Origin: an uncultured Actinomycetota bacterium
GTDB lineage: Bacteria > Actinomycetota > Actinomycetes > Propionibacteriales > Nocardioidaceae
Length of the DNA stretch: 64,000 nucleotides
Direction: 5' to 3'
NCBI GenBank assembly: GCA_963848025.1
Contig: CAWKBY010000005.1
Span: forward strand, 154,154-218,153
The notes beneath the pieces were generated by a model. It was not told the origin of the DNA, searched no databases, and saw nothing but the letters and a program-made list of their open reading frames with translations. Below, in pieces: positions 13,423 to 25,813 of this stretch (position 1 is the stretch's first letter; every line of letters starts with the position of its first letter). The position numbers and the translations under genes are program-made.

Positions 13423-14280
13423 TCATCGTGCCAGTCTCGCCGTCACGAAGCGCGGCCGACCGGCCAGATCGGCGTGGTCGGTCACGTCTCGCCAGCGGCC
13501 CGTGCCCGCGAGCACGGCCGGGGCCGAGGCCCCCTGGGCGTCGGCATGCTCCGCACCCAGCCGGCCCCCCGACGTCAGCAGGGTGGCCGCACGACGCTCG
13601 AGGACCCGGAACGCGTCCAGCCCGTCGGAGCCGGAGAACAGGGCCAGCCCGGGGTCGTGGTCGCGGGCCTCGGGGGCGACACTCTCCCAGGCCTCCAGCG
13701 GGATGTACGGCGGGTTGCAGGTCACCACGTGGACCTCGCCGTCCAGCTCCGGGAAGGCCTCGGCCATGTCGCCGAGCCGCAGCTCGACGCCCGTGCCGGC
13801 AAGGTTGCGCTCCGCCCAGGCGTGGGCGCCGGGGTCGAGCTCGACGGCGTACCCGCGAGCCTGTGGCACCTCGTGCGCCACTGCCTTGGCGATGGCACCC
13901 GAACCGGTGCACAGGTCGACGACGACGGGTTCCGTCCCGGCGGCCACGAGCTCTCGGGCGCGGTCCACCGCCCAGCCCGCCAGCACCTCGGTCTCAGGGC
14001 GCGGCACGAAGACGCCGGGGCCGACGACGAGCTCGACGAAGCGGAACGTCACGCTGCCCGTGAGGTGCTGCAGCGGCTCGCGCGTGGCCCGCCGAGCGAC
14101 GAGCGCGCCGAAGGTCTCTCGTTGCTCGTGGGAGGGCTCGGCGACCAGCATCAGGGACGTGCGAGGGACGCCCAGCACGTGGGCCAGCAGCTCGTCGGCG
14201 TCGTGCTCGGGCGAGGAGACTCCGGCGTCTCGCAACCTCGCCGCCGCCTCGCGCCGGAGCGCCCGCACCGCAGCGCTCAT
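13423..14280 (-). CDS. prmC: Peptide chain release factor N5-glutamine methyltransferase
   Basis: Contains the [10 protein letters not shown] (NPPY) motif and an SAM-binding [12 protein letters not shown]. The start ATG at 14280 forms an ATGA overlap with the prfA stop (14277-14279). Confidence 0.9.
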   Translation of the reverse strand: MSAAVRALRREAAARLRDAGVSSPEHDADELLAHVLGVPRTSLMLVAEPSHEQRETFGALVARRATREPLQHLTGSVTFRFVELVVGPGVFVPRPETEVLAGWAVDRARELVAAGTEPVVVDLCTGSGAIAKAVAHEVPQARGYAVELDPGAHAWAERNLAGTGVELRLGDMAEAFPELDGEVHVVTCNPPYIPLEAWESVAPEARDHDPGLALFSGSDGLDAFRVLERRAATLLTSGGRLGAEHADAQGASAPAVLAGTGRWRDVTDHADLAGRPRFVTARLAR

Positions 14281-15350
14281 GACTCGAGTGCGTCGAGCCG
14301 GCCGGCCATGTCGGTCGCGACGCACGAGTCGAGGATCGGCTGCAGGTCACCGTCGAGGACCTGGTCGAGGTTGTGGGCCTTGTATCCGGTGCGGTGGTCG
14401 GAGACGCGGTTCTCCGGGAAGTTGTACGTGCGGATCCGCTCGGAGCGGTCCACGGTGCGCACCTGGCTGCGCCGGGCCTCGCTGGCCTCAACGTCGGCCG
14501 CCTCCTGCGCCGCCGCGAGCAGACGGGAGCGCAGGATGCGGAGCGCCTGCTCCTTGTTCTGCAGCTGGCTCTTCTCGTTCTGGCAGCTCACCACGATGCC
14601 GGTGGGCAGGTGGGTGATCCGGACCGCGGAGTCGGTGGTGTTGACGCTCTGGCCACCCGGGCCCGATGACCGGAAGACATCGACCCGAAGGTCGGCCTCG
14701 TCGATCGAGACGTCCACCGGCTCGGCCTCGGGCATCACCAGGACGCCGGCCGCGCTGGTGTGGATGCGGCCCTGCGACTCGGTCACGGGCACGCGTTGGA
14801 CCCGGTGGACGCCGCCCTCGAACTTCAAGAGGGCGTACGGCGCCTCCCCCGGCCCGGGCGTGCCCTTGGCCTTGACCGCGAGCGTGACGGACTTGAACCC
14901 GCCGAGGTCGGACTCGGTGGCGTCGAGGATCTCGGTGCGCCAGCCTCGGCCCTCGGCGTACCGGGTGTACATGCGCAGCAGGTCGCCTGCGAACAGCGCC
15001 GACTCCTCACCGCCCTCCCCCGACTTCACCTCGAGGATCGCGTCCTTGCCGTCGGTGGGGTCGCGGGGCACCAGCAGTGTCCGCAGCCGGTCGGCGATCT
15101 CCTCGCGGCGGACCCCCAGCTCCTCGGCCTCGGCGGCGAAGGTGGGGTCCTCGGACACCAGCTCTCGCGCCGCCTCGACGTCATCGCCGAGCTGCTGCCA
15201 CTGGTGGTAGGCCGTCACGATCGCGGTCAGCTCGGCGTAGCGCTGGTGGAGATCCTTGGCCAGGCGCTGGTCCGCGTGGGTCTCCGGCTCCCCCAGTCGG
15301 CCTTCCAGGGACGCGTGCTCGGCCACGAGTGCTTCGACGGCTTCGAACAC
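14277..15350 (-). CDS. prfA: Peptide chain release factor 1
   Basis: Contains the [12 protein letters not shown] (PxT-type) and [23 protein letters not shown] (GGQ) motifs. The likely start is GTG 15350 ([12 protein letters not shown]) with GGAG 6 nt upstream; the track start 15395 is probably too long. Confidence 0.93.
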   Translation of the reverse strand: MFEAVEALVAEHASLEGRLGEPETHADQRLAKDLHQRYAELTAIVTAYHQWQQLGDDVEAARELVSEDPTFAAEAEELGVRREEIADRLRTLLVPRDPTDGKDAILEVKSGEGGEESALFAGDLLRMYTRYAEGRGWRTEILDATESDLGGFKSVTLAVKAKGTPGPGEAPYALLKFEGGVHRVQRVPVTESQGRIHTSAAGVLVMPEAEPVDVSIDEADLRVDVFRSSGPGGQSVNTTDSAVRITHLPTGIVVSCQNEKSQLQNKEQALRILRSRLLAAAQEAADVEASEARRSQVRTVDRSERIRTYNFPENRVSDHRTGYKAHNLDQVLDGDLQPILDSCVATDMAGRLDALES

Positions 15351-15428
15351 GCGGGCTCCTGGAGGGGGTGGTGGCAAATGCAGACCGCCGGCCACCCGCG
15401 GGGCGCGGGAGACCGGCGGTCGGAGAAG

Positions 15429-15665
15429 CTACTTGGCGTCGTCGGCGCCGCTGGCGGCGGCCTTCTTGGCGTAGCGGGCCTCGAAGCGGGCGACGCGGCC
15501 GCCGGTGTCGAGGATCTTCTGCTTGCCGGTGTAGAACGGGTGGCAGTTGGAGCACACGTCGGCGTGGATGCTGCCGCTGGTGGCCGTGCTGCGGGTGGTG
15601 AACGTGTTGCCACAGGTGCAGGTGACCTGGGTGGCGACGTAGTCCGGGTGGATGTCCTTCTTCAT
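15429..15665 (-). CDS. rpmE: 50S ribosomal protein L31 (C+ zinc-binding type)
   Basis: [50 protein letters not shown] with CxC...CxxC ligands. ATG at 15665. Confidence 0.95.
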   Translation of the reverse strand: MKKDIHPDYVATQVTCTCGNTFTTRSTATSGSIHADVCSNCHPFYTGKQKILDTGGRVARFEARYAKKAAASGADDAK

Positions 15666-15760
15666 GGTGTCCTCAGTGTCCTTCCTGGGGGTCGCCGGGT
15701 CGCCGCTCTCGAGTGAGCCGGCGTGAACCGGAACCAACGCACGATTGTGCCACTCGCTCG

Positions 15761-15786
15761 AACGTCCGCGCCAATCGCTGCATTCC
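15761..15786 (-). promoter_or_regulatory. SigR/SigH-type promoter (GGAAT-N18-GTT) upstream of rpmE
   Basis: The minus strand reads GGAAT GCAGCGATTGGCGCGGAC GTT, an exact match to the disulfide-stress sigma consensus. It lies about 96 nt upstream of the rpmE ATG. Confidence 0.55.
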
Positions 15787-15795
15787 CGCGCGTAC

Positions 15796-15824
15796 GCCGG
15801 CGCGTGCGACGACTGCGCGCCGGC
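15796..15824 (-). terminator. GC-rich hairpin just downstream of the rho stop (possible terminator)
   Basis: GCCGGCGCG (15796-15804) pairs perfectly with CGCGCCGGC (15816-15824) around an 11-nt loop. It begins 6 nt after the rho stop and has no U-tract. Confidence 0.35.
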
Positions 15825-15830
15825 TGGGGC

Positions 15831-17608
<1,778 letters not shown>

Positions 17609-17866
17609 GTGAGGTCCTTCCCACGTATCTCAGCCGCCCGGCGAGTGCCGGCGGCATCATGGTCGTTGTTCCCCGGGTCTGCGGGCCTCGACGGATCGGT
17701 CGGGCAGCGGACCACACGCATGCGCTGCGGAGCAGCGAGTCGCGGAGGAGAGTGCACTTCGAGGCGGGATCTGCCCGAAGGCGACGCCGAGTGGCGCAGC
17801 GCCACCCTAACACCCGCCGCGGCGCGACGTGGCATCCCGCGCGAGCGTCGCGCCGCACGGTGCCGA

Positions 17867-18776
17867 TCAGGTGACGACCGCGCCGACCCGCTCGATGCGA
17901 AGGGGCCAGGCGCTCCATCCCTCGGGGGCCCGGCTGCACAGCCCGCCCTCATCGGCACCGGCCTCGCAGAACGCGAGCACCGTCGGGCCCGCGCCCGACA
18001 CCACCGCCGGGACGCCGTCGTCGCGCAGCAGCGAGACCAGGCCGAGGGTCTGCGGCATCGCCGGCTCGCGGTAGTGCTGGTGCACGAAGTCGCGGGTCGC
18101 GGCCAGCAGGTGCTCCGGCTGACCGGCGAGCGCGGCCACGAGCAGCGCCGTACGCCCGGCGTTGGCGGCGGCGTCGTCGTGCGACACCGAGGCGGGCAGC
18201 AGCCCGCGGGCCACGGAGGTGGCCAGCGGCGTGGCCGGCACGAACACCACGGTGGAGACCCGCGGGTCGACACCGGAGCGGACGGCGAACCACGCGCTCG
18301 CCCTCGCGACCGGAGATGACGAAACCGCCGTAGAGCGCGGGTGCCACGTTGTCGGGGTGACCCTCCAGGTCGGCGGCCAGCCGGAACAGCGGCATCGTCC
18401 TCGAGCAGCAGCCTGCCGCCGGCGACCAGCGCGCGCGCCAGGACCAGTCCACCCACGATGGCCGCCGAGGAGGAGCCGAGGCCGCGGCCGTGCGGGATCG
18501 CGTTGCGGCACCGGAGGTCGACGGCCGGGAGCAGGCAGCCCCATGCGCGGCGAAGGCGGCGCGCATCGCGCGCACCACGAGGTGGGAGTCGTCGCGAGGG
18601 ACCTCGTCGGCACCCTCGCCCGACACCGTCGATCGACGACGGCCCCTCGGCACCACCTCCGCGCGTCGAGCTCGTCGCGCAGCGACAGGGCGAGCCCGAG
18701 CGCAGTCGAAGCCGGGCCCGAGGTTCGCCGACGTGGCGGGGACCGTGACGTGCACCGGCCCGTCGAGGAAGGTCAC
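17867..18776 (-). pseudogene. thrB: Homoserine kinase, multiple frameshifts
   Basis: The N-terminus [25 protein letters not shown] (GTG 18776), the middle [28 protein letters not shown] and the C-terminus [18 protein letters not shown]...[11 protein letters not shown] lie in different frames. One extra base follows the GPGFDC codons at about 18701. Length is 910 nt. Confidence 0.85.
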
Positions 18777-19884
18777 GCCGCCGCCTCAGTCGAGGCCGGC
18801 GGCCGTTGGCCGCCTGCTTCGACGTCGGCGTCGACCACCACGTCGACGAGCTCGCCCGCGCCCTCGAGCGCGGTCGCGGTGTCCTTGAGGCCGTGACCGG
18901 TGACCGTGAGGACGACGGTCGTGCCGGCGTAGTCGTCGCCTGCTGGCCGACCTCGGCGAGCAGGCCGGCGACCCCGGCGGCCGAGGCCGGCTCGACGAAG
19001 ACGCCGTCGCGCCGCGCGAGCTGCGGCCTGCGCGGCGAGGATCTGCTGCGTCGGTGACCGCGGCGAACCGGCCGCCGGACTCGTCGCGCGGCCGCCTCGG
19101 CGAGCTCCCACGACGCGGGGTTGCCGATCCGGATCGCCGTCGCCTTCGTCTCCGGGTCGGGGAACGGCTCCCCGGTCGACGAGCGGCGCCGCGCCCTCGG
19201 CCTGGAAGCCGCACATCACGGGCTGCCGGGTGGCCAGGCCGAGCGTCGGCGTACTCTGCGTAGCCGCAGCCAGTACGCCGTGATGTTGCCGGCGTTGCCG
19301 ACCGGGAGCAGGTGGAAGTCGGGCGCGTCGCCGAGGCAGTCGACGATCTCGAACGCCGCGGTCTTCTGGCCCTGCGATGCGGACCGGGTTGACCGAGTTG
19401 ACCAGCGCGCACGGGGTAGTCGCCACGACAGCGCCGCGGGCCAGGTCGCAGGCAGTCGTCGAAGTTGCCGCGGACCTGATGATCTGCGCGCCGTGGACGA
19501 TCGCCTGGGCCATCTTGCCGGCGCGATCTTGCCCTCGGGCACGAGCACGAGCGGCTTGAGCCCGGCCTTGGCGGCGTAGGCGGCCATCGACGCCGAGGTG
19601 TTGCCGGTGGACGCGCAGATGACGGCCTCGGCGCCCTCGTGCTCGGCCACCGAGATCGCCATGGTCATGCCGCGGTCCTTGAAGGAGCCCGGTCGGGTTG
19701 CTGCCCTCGACCTTGAGCCACACGTCGCCGCCGGTGCGCCCGCGAGAGCCAGCTCGGCGTGCACGAGCGGCGTGCCGCCCTCGCCGAGGGTGATCGACGG
19801 GCGTCGCCTCGGGCAGCAGGTCGAGCAGGTCGCGGTACTCCTCGATGACGCCGCGCCACTGGTGGGTGGGCTCAGATCGCTCAC
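18773..19884 (-). pseudogene. thrC: Threonine synthase, multiple frameshifts
   Basis: Fragments HQWRGVIEEYRDLL, ITLGEGGTPLVH, WLKVEGSNPTG, SFKDRGMTMAISVAEHEGAEAVICASTGNTSASMAAYAAKAGLKPLVLVPEGKIA and KMAQAIVHGAQII are scattered over three frames. The GTG start 19884 overlaps the hom stop (GTGA). Length is 1112 nt. Confidence 0.85.
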
Positions 19885-21204
19885 TCGGCCTCCCCTTCGA
19901 CCCGCATCACCGACGACGACCTCGTGCACGACGTCCATCGCCGCGCAGCGCCTCGACGGTCGCGCTGAGCTGCGGCATCGGTGGCCTCGTGGGTCACGAC
20001 GACCAGCTGGGCGTCGGCGCCGCGGCCCTCCTGCCGCACGGTCTGGATCGAGACGCCGTGCTCGGCGAAGGCGGTCGCCACCGCGGCCAGCACGCCCGGC
20101 GCGGTCGTCGACGTCGAGCGTGACGTGGTAGCGGGTGCGCGTCTCGCCGATCGGCAGCACCGCGCGGGTCGGCGTACGTCGACTCACCGGCGCCGCGGGT
20201 GCCGGCCGAGGCGGTGGCGCGCGACCGTCGACCAGGTCGCCGAGCACCGCCGACGCGGTCGGCGCACCGCCGGCGCCGGGGCCGTAGAACATCAGCTGGC
20301 CGGCCGCCTCGGCCTCGACGAAGACGGCGTTGAAGGCCTCGCGCACGCTGGCCAGCGGGTGGGTGCGCGGGATCATCGCCGGGTGCACGCGCACGGCGAC
20401 CGCCTCGTCGCCGTCGGCGCCGTCGCGCAGCTCGGCGATGGCGAGCAGCTTGATGACGCGGCCCATCTCGCGCGCCGAGGCGACGTCGGCGGCGGTGACC
20501 TCGGTGATGCCCTCGCGGTGGACGTCGGCGGCGGTCACGCGGGTGTGGAACGCGAGGCCGGCGAGGATCGCCGCCTTCGCCGCGGCGTCGAAGCCCTCGA
20601 CGTCGGCGGTCGGGTCGGCCTCGGCGTAGCCCGAGCGCCTGCGCCTCCGCGAGCGCGTCGGCGAAGTCGGCGCCCGTGGTGTCCATCCTGTCGAGGATGA
20701 AGTTGGTGGTGCCGTTGACGATGCCGAGCACGCGCGTGACCCGGTCGCCGGCCAGCGACTCGCGCAGCGGGCGCAGGATCGGGATCGCGCCGGCGACGGC
20801 CGCCTCGTAGTAGAGGTCGCGCCGCTCGGCGCCTTGCCGGCGGCCTCGAACAGCGTCGGCGCCGTCCTCGGCGAGCAGCGCCTTGTTGGCGGTGACGACG
20901 GAGGCGCCGGCTCCATCGCGGCGAGGATCAGCGTCCGGGCCGGCTCGATGCCGCCGATGACCTCGACCACGACGTCGACGTCGTCGCGGGCGACCGAGCG
21001 CGGCCGCGTCGGTGGTCAGCAGCCCGTCGGGCACGCTCGACCTCGCGGGGCGCGTCGATGCGGCGCACCGCGACGCCGACCAGCTCGACCGGCGCGCCGA
21101 CGCGCGCGGCGAGGTCGTCGGCGTGCTCGTCGCAGCAGCCGGACCACCTGGGAGCCGACCGAGCCGCAGCCCAGCACGGCCACCTGCGCACGTGGCTCGC
21201 TCAC
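19881..21204 (-). pseudogene. hom: Homoserine dehydrogenase, multiple frameshifts
   Basis: The N-terminus VSEPRAQVAVLGCGSVGSQVVRLL (GTG 21204), then DEHADDLAARVGAPVELVGVAVR, VVEVIGGIEPARTLILAAME, a clean stretch GYAEADPTADVEGFDAAAKAAILAGLAF...GPGAGGAPTASAVLGDLV, and the ACT-like C-terminus lie in different frames. Length is 1324 nt. Confidence 0.85.
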
Positions 21205-22623
21205 TCATCCGTCACACCCACATCGCGTCGCCAGCAGGTCGTCCATCAGTCTCTCGTCGCACGACGACGCGCGCGACGCCGTCCCGCACCGCGACCACCG
21301 GGAGGTCGCAGGGCGTGGTTGTAGTTCGAGGCCATCGACCGGCAGTAGGCGCCGGTGCCCGGCACCGCGAGCAGGTCGCCGGGCGCGACGTCGCCGGGCA
21401 GGAACTCGTCGTTGACGACGATGTCGCCGGACTCGCAGTGCTTGCCGACGACCCGCGCGAGCACCGGCGTCGGCCTCCGAGGCGCGCGAGGCCAGCGCGC
21501 AGGAGTAGTCGGCGTCGTAGAGCGCGGTGCGGATGTTGTCGCTCATGCCGCCGTCGACGCTGACGTAGGTGCGGCGCTGCGCCGCCGTCGAGCTCGACCT
21601 GCTTGACCGTGCCGACCTCGTAGACCGTGCACATCGCCGGGCCCGACGATCGCCCGGCCCGGCTCGATCGACAGCGCGCGGCTCGGGGATGCCGAGCGCC
21701 CGGCACTCGTGCTCGACGATCTTGCTCATCTCGGTGGCCAGCTGCGCGGGGTCGGACGGGTCGTCCTCGGTGGTGTAGGCGATGCCGAAGCCGCCGCCGA
21801 GGTCCAGCTCGGGCAGTGTCACGCCGAGCTCGCTCGGAGATCCGGGCGTGCAGCGCGAGCACCCGGCGGGCGGCCACCTCGAAGCCGGAGGTGTCGAAGA
21901 TCTGGCAGCCGATGTGGGAGTGCAGGCCGAGCAGCTCCAGCCCGTCGGCGCGCGAGCACGCGGCGGACGGCCTCGAGCGCGTCACCGGAGGTGATCGAGA
22001 AGCCGAACTTCTGGTCCTCGTGGGCGGTCGCGATGTACTCGTGGGTGTGCGCCTCGACGCCCGGCGGTGACCCGCACCATGACGCGGGTGCTGAGACCCG
22101 GTGTCGGCGACCACCTCGGCGAGCCGGTCGATCTCGTCGAAGGAGTCGACGATGATCCGCCCGACGCCGACCGTCGACCGCGTGGCGCAGCTCCATCGTC
22201 GTCTTGTTGTTGCCGTGGAAGCCGATCCGCGCCGGGTCGAAGCCCGCGCGCTAGGGCCACCGCGCAGCTCGCCCCGGAGCAGACGTCGAGGCTGAGCCCC
22301 TCCTCGGCGACCCAGCGGGCCACCTCGGTGCAGAGGAACGCCTTGCCGGCGTAGAACACCTCGTAGTCGCCGAAGGCGTCGCGGAAGGCACGCGCCCGGG
22401 ATCGGAAGTCGTCCTCGTCGAGGACGTACGCCGGCGTGTTGTGGTCGGCGACCAGGTCAGCGACGGCCATCCCGCCGACGCGCAGCTCTCCCTCGTCACC
22501 GCGGTGGGCCGTCGACGACCACAGGTGCGGGACCAGGGCGTTGGGGTCGACCGGCTCGCGGAGCCATGACGGGCCCTTCAGGGCACCCTCGGCATGGGCC
22601 CATCCGGCCTCGTGCGCACGCAT
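21201..22623 (-). pseudogene. lysA: Diaminopimelate decarboxylase, multiple frameshifts
   Basis: The N-terminus [13 protein letters not shown]...NTPAYVLDEDDFRSRARAFRDAFGDYEVFYAGKAFLCTEVARWVAEEGLSLDVCSG is intact. After that, [62 protein letters not shown] and [17 protein letters not shown] appear in alternating frames. Removing one base restores LLARDVGVTDE-stop, which overlaps the hom GTG. Length is 1423 nt. Confidence 0.85.
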
Positions 22624-22641
22624 CGCTCAGCTCGTCCCCGG

Positions 22642-24315
22642 TCACATCCGCTCGGGCGCGGACACGCCGAGCAGGGTCGAGGCCGTTGTGCGAGCACCTG
22701 GCGGGTGGCCGCGACGAGCACCAGCCGGGCCTGGTTGGCGGGACGCGACCGGCTCGTCGCCGGACGGCAGCATCCGGCACTCCTTCGTGTCGTACCACTT
22801 GTTGAAGACCGACGCGGTGTCCTCGAGGTAGCGCGCGACACGGTGCGGCTCGCGCAGCTCCGACGCGCTGGCGACCACGCGCGGGAACTCCGCCAGCGCC
22901 CGCAGCAGCTCGCCGTCGCGCTCGTGGCGCGAGCAGCGCGGGGTCGAACGAGTCGGTGTCGACCGTCATGCCGAGGTCGGCGGCGTTGGCCATCATCCGG
23001 CAGGTCCGCGCGTGGGCGTACTGCACGTAGTAGACCGGGTTGTCGTTGCTCGTGCGGGTGATCTCGTCGATGTCGAGGGCGAGAGGCGAGTCGACCGGAT
23101 AGCGCGCGAGGGAGTACCGCAGCGCGTCGACGCCGATCTCGTCGACCAGCTCGTCGAGCGTGACGATCGTCGCCGGTCCGCTTCGACAGGCGGACCTCCT
23201 CGCCGCCCCGCATGATCTTGACCAGCTGCCCGATCAGCACCTCGAGCGTCTGGTCAGGGTCGTCACCGGCACAAGCGGCCATCGCCCGCAGCCGGCCGAC
23301 GTAGCCGTGGTGGTCGGCGCCCAGCAGGTAGATCAGCCGGTCGAAACCACGCTGCCGCTTGTCGACGTAGTAGGCCGTGTCGCTGGCGAAGTAGGTCAGC
23401 TCGCCGTTGGACCGGATCAGCACCCGGTCCTTGTCGTCGCCGAAGTCGGTGGTGCGCATCCACAGCGCCCCGTCGGCGTCGTAGAGGTGACCCAGGTCGC
23501 GCAGCTTGTCCAGGCCGGCGACCACGTCGTCGCTCTGGTGCAGCGACCGCTCGGAGAACCACACGTCGAAGCGGGTGTGGAAGGCCGCCAGCCGGTCCTG
23601 CTGCTCCCTCAGCTGCAGGGCGTAGCCCGCCTCGCGGAACGCCTCGGTTCGCTCCTCGCCCTCCAGAGACGAGGATGCCGGGGTCGGCGGCCACGATCGC
23701 GTCGGCGAGGTCCTGCACGTAGGCGCCCTGGTAGCCGTCGTCGGGCACCGGCCGCCCGAGCGCCCTCGCCTCGATCGAGGCGCCGAAGAGGTCCATCTGG
23801 TTGCCGCGGTCGTTGATGTAGAACTCGCGGGTGACCTCCGCGCCGGCCGCCTCGATCACACGCGCGATGGCGTCGCCGACGACCGCCCACCGGGTGTGCC
23901 CGAGGTGCAGCGGCCCGGTGGGGTTGGCGGAGATGAACTCCACGTTGATCTTCTGACCGGCAAGCGTCTCGGTGTGGCCGTACGCCGCCCCGGCCGCCAC
24001 GACCTCCGCGGCCACCTGCCCCTGCGCCGCGGCGGCCACGGTGATGTTCAGGAAGCCGGGCCCCGCGATCTCGACGGCCTCGATGCCGGGGTCGGCGCGG
24101 AGCCGGTCGGCGAGCAGCTCGGCCAGCGCCCGCGGTGGGGTGCCCGCCCGCTTGGCGAGCTGCAGCGCCACGTTGGTGGCGTAGTCGCCGTGCTCCTTGC
24201 TGCGAGGGCGCTCCACCGTCACCGCCGTCGGGACCTCGTCGAGCGAGACCGCACCCTCGGCCACCAGGGCCGTCAGGGCGCCGGTGAGGGCATGGGAGAG
24301 CTGCTCGGGGGTCAC
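22642..24315 (-). pseudogene. argS: Arginine--tRNA ligase, at least five frame changes in the C-terminal 60 percent
   Basis: The N-terminal ~215 aa are clean (MTPEQLSHAL...INVEFISANPTGPLHLGHTRWAVVGDA...). The homologous sequence then hops frames at about 23670, 23170, 22930, 22740 and 22685 ([10 protein letters not shown]..., [21 protein letters not shown]..., [15 protein letters not shown]-type..., [29 protein letters not shown]-stop). Confidence 0.88.
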
Positions 24316-24428
24316 CGGCCAAGCCTATCGGCGCCCCGTCACCGACACCGAACCGGTTTCACGCATCGGCGACGCCGGCTGTATGGTCAACCCCGCACCA
24401 CGTGGTCGCCGACGCGCCGCGCGGTCAC

Positions 24429-24501
24429 GCCTCCGTAGCTCAGGGGATAGAGCACTGGTTTCCGGTACCAGGTGCCGCAGGTTCGAATCCTGCCGGAGGC
24501 G
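24429..24501 (+). tRNA. tRNA-Arg (anticodon CCG)
   Basis: A 73-nt cloverleaf: acceptor GCCTCCG/CGGAGGC, D arm GCTC-AGGGGATA-GAGC, anticodon arm CTGGT-TTCCGGT-ACCAG, T arm GCAGG-TTCGAAT-CCTGC, discriminator G. CCA is not encoded. Confidence 0.93.
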
Positions 24502-24523
24502 CCCTTCCCCCACCGGCCCCGGG

Positions 24524-24832
24524 TCACCCGAGGGCGGCCGCCTTCGCGGCTGCGAACTCCGCATCGGTCAGCGCCCCGGAGGCGTGCAAGGTCGAGAGCC
24601 GCTCCAGCGTCGCCACGATGTCCGTGCCGCCCCCCACGGGGGGCGCTGCTGGCGGTGGCGGTGCCGCGGCTACCGGCGGCGCCTGCGCAGGCGCGGGCGC
24701 CTGCGGGGCGGCCCGCTGTTGCTGCCGGCGCGCCACGTTGCCGGACACCGCCGTGGCGGTGCCGGCGATGACGGCGGTGCGCGCGGCGGTGCCGATCAGG
24801 CCCGGTCGTCCGACTCGTCTCACGTCGATCAC
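24524..24832 (-). CDS. SHOCT domain-containing protein
   Basis: 102 aa with a Pro/Ala-rich linker and a C-terminal SHOCT motif (IVATLERLSTLHASGALTDAEFAAAKAAAL). Confidence 0.75.
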   Translation of the reverse strand: MIDVRRVGRPGLIGTAARTAVIAGTATAVSGNVARRQQQRAAPQAPAPAQAPPVAAAPPPPAAPPVGGGTDIVATLERLSTLHASGALTDAEFAAAKAAALG

Positions 24833-24853
24833 GTCCTCTCGCGCACGAGGCGC

Positions 24854-25276
24854 TCAGTTGTCGGCCCCGGCGGCTTCCTCGACCTCGTCGAGAACGGCAG
24901 CGGGGATGCGGTGGGCAGCCAGTAGCTCGCCACCCTCGTGGCGGACCGCGGCGGTCAGCTCGCGGGCCCAGACGTGCTCGAGCAGCACGACCAGGGCGGT
25001 CTGGCCGGGCTCCAGGTCCTCGGCGGCGTCCATCACGTCGTCCTCGCCCACCAGGCCCTGCTCGGGCACCTCCAGGTCGGCGAAGCGGGGATCCAGGTCG
25101 TCGCGCTCCACCAACCGCACGGTGCCCGTGGAGTCGCGGGTGACCGCCAGCAGGTCGAGCAGCCGGACCACGCCCGACTGCAACGCCTGGTCGAGGTGGT
25201 CGCGCACCGACTCGGGCACCGTCTCGCCGGCGAACCCGATCACGAGCAGGTCGCTCGGAGCATGCCGTACGTCCAT
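24854..25276 (-). CDS. Conserved acidic hypothetical protein (possibly DUF6325-type; family name from memory, unverified)
   Basis: A 140-aa ORF with good codon bias and no TM segment, sandwiched between two SHOCT genes on the same strand with 21- and 26-nt gaps. Confidence 0.6.
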   Translation of the reverse strand: MDVRHAPSDLLVIGFAGETVPESVRDHLDQALQSGVVRLLDLLAVTRDSTGTVRLVERDDLDPRFADLEVPEQGLVGEDDVMDAAEDLEPGQTALVVLLEHVWARELTAAVRHEGGELLAAHRIPAAVLDEVEEAAGADN

Positions 25277-25302
25277 CGCTTCCTCCGATCCGCGTCCGGC
25301 GC

Positions 25303-25680
25303 TCAGGCCAGCGCCTTGGCCTTCAGGGCGTCGAACTCAGCCTGCGTGATCGCGCCGGAGGACAGCAGCTCATGGGCCTGGGCGATCTGGTCGGTCGGCG
25401 ATGCGCCGGCGACGTCGCGGATGTAGGCGTCGGTGTCGGCCCTGGCCTGCTGCATCTGCGCCATCGAGCGCTCGGCCATGCCGTTGCCGCGCACGATGAG
25501 GTAGACCAGCGCGGTCAGGGCCGGGAGGAAGATCAGGAAGAACACCCAGACGGCCTTCATGCCACCCGAGACCGACTTGTCGCGGAACAGGTCCACGAGC
25601 ACGTTGAAGAGGACCATCAGGTAGGCGATCATCAGGAACAGGGAGAAGGTGAACCAGAAGAATTCCCAGAAGCCGTTCAT
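25303..25680 (-). CDS. PLD_N (cardiolipin-synthase N-terminal-like) membrane domain plus SHOCT domain protein
   Basis: MNGFWEFFWFTFSLFLMIAYLMVLFNVLVDLFRD...KAVWVFFLIFLPALTALVYLIVRG gives two TM helices of PLD_N type. The C-terminus carries SHOCT (QIAQAHELLSSGAITQAEFDALKAKAL). ATG 25680 was chosen. Confidence 0.75.
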   Translation of the reverse strand: MNGFWEFFWFTFSLFLMIAYLMVLFNVLVDLFRDKSVSGGMKAVWVFFLIFLPALTALVYLIVRGNGMAERSMAQMQQARADTDAYIRDVAGASPTDQIAQAHELLSSGAITQAEFDALKAKALA

Positions 25681-25813
25681 GCGTTGCTCTCTCTCGGTCT
25701 GTTGTTCCTGTGTTGGGCACATCGTGGCACAGGCGTGGTTCAGGTTGACATCCGGCCGGGCCGGTGTCGAGCCAGCTGGTTTCCGGGGCCGAGGCGAGCC
25801 GGCCCCGACCGGG

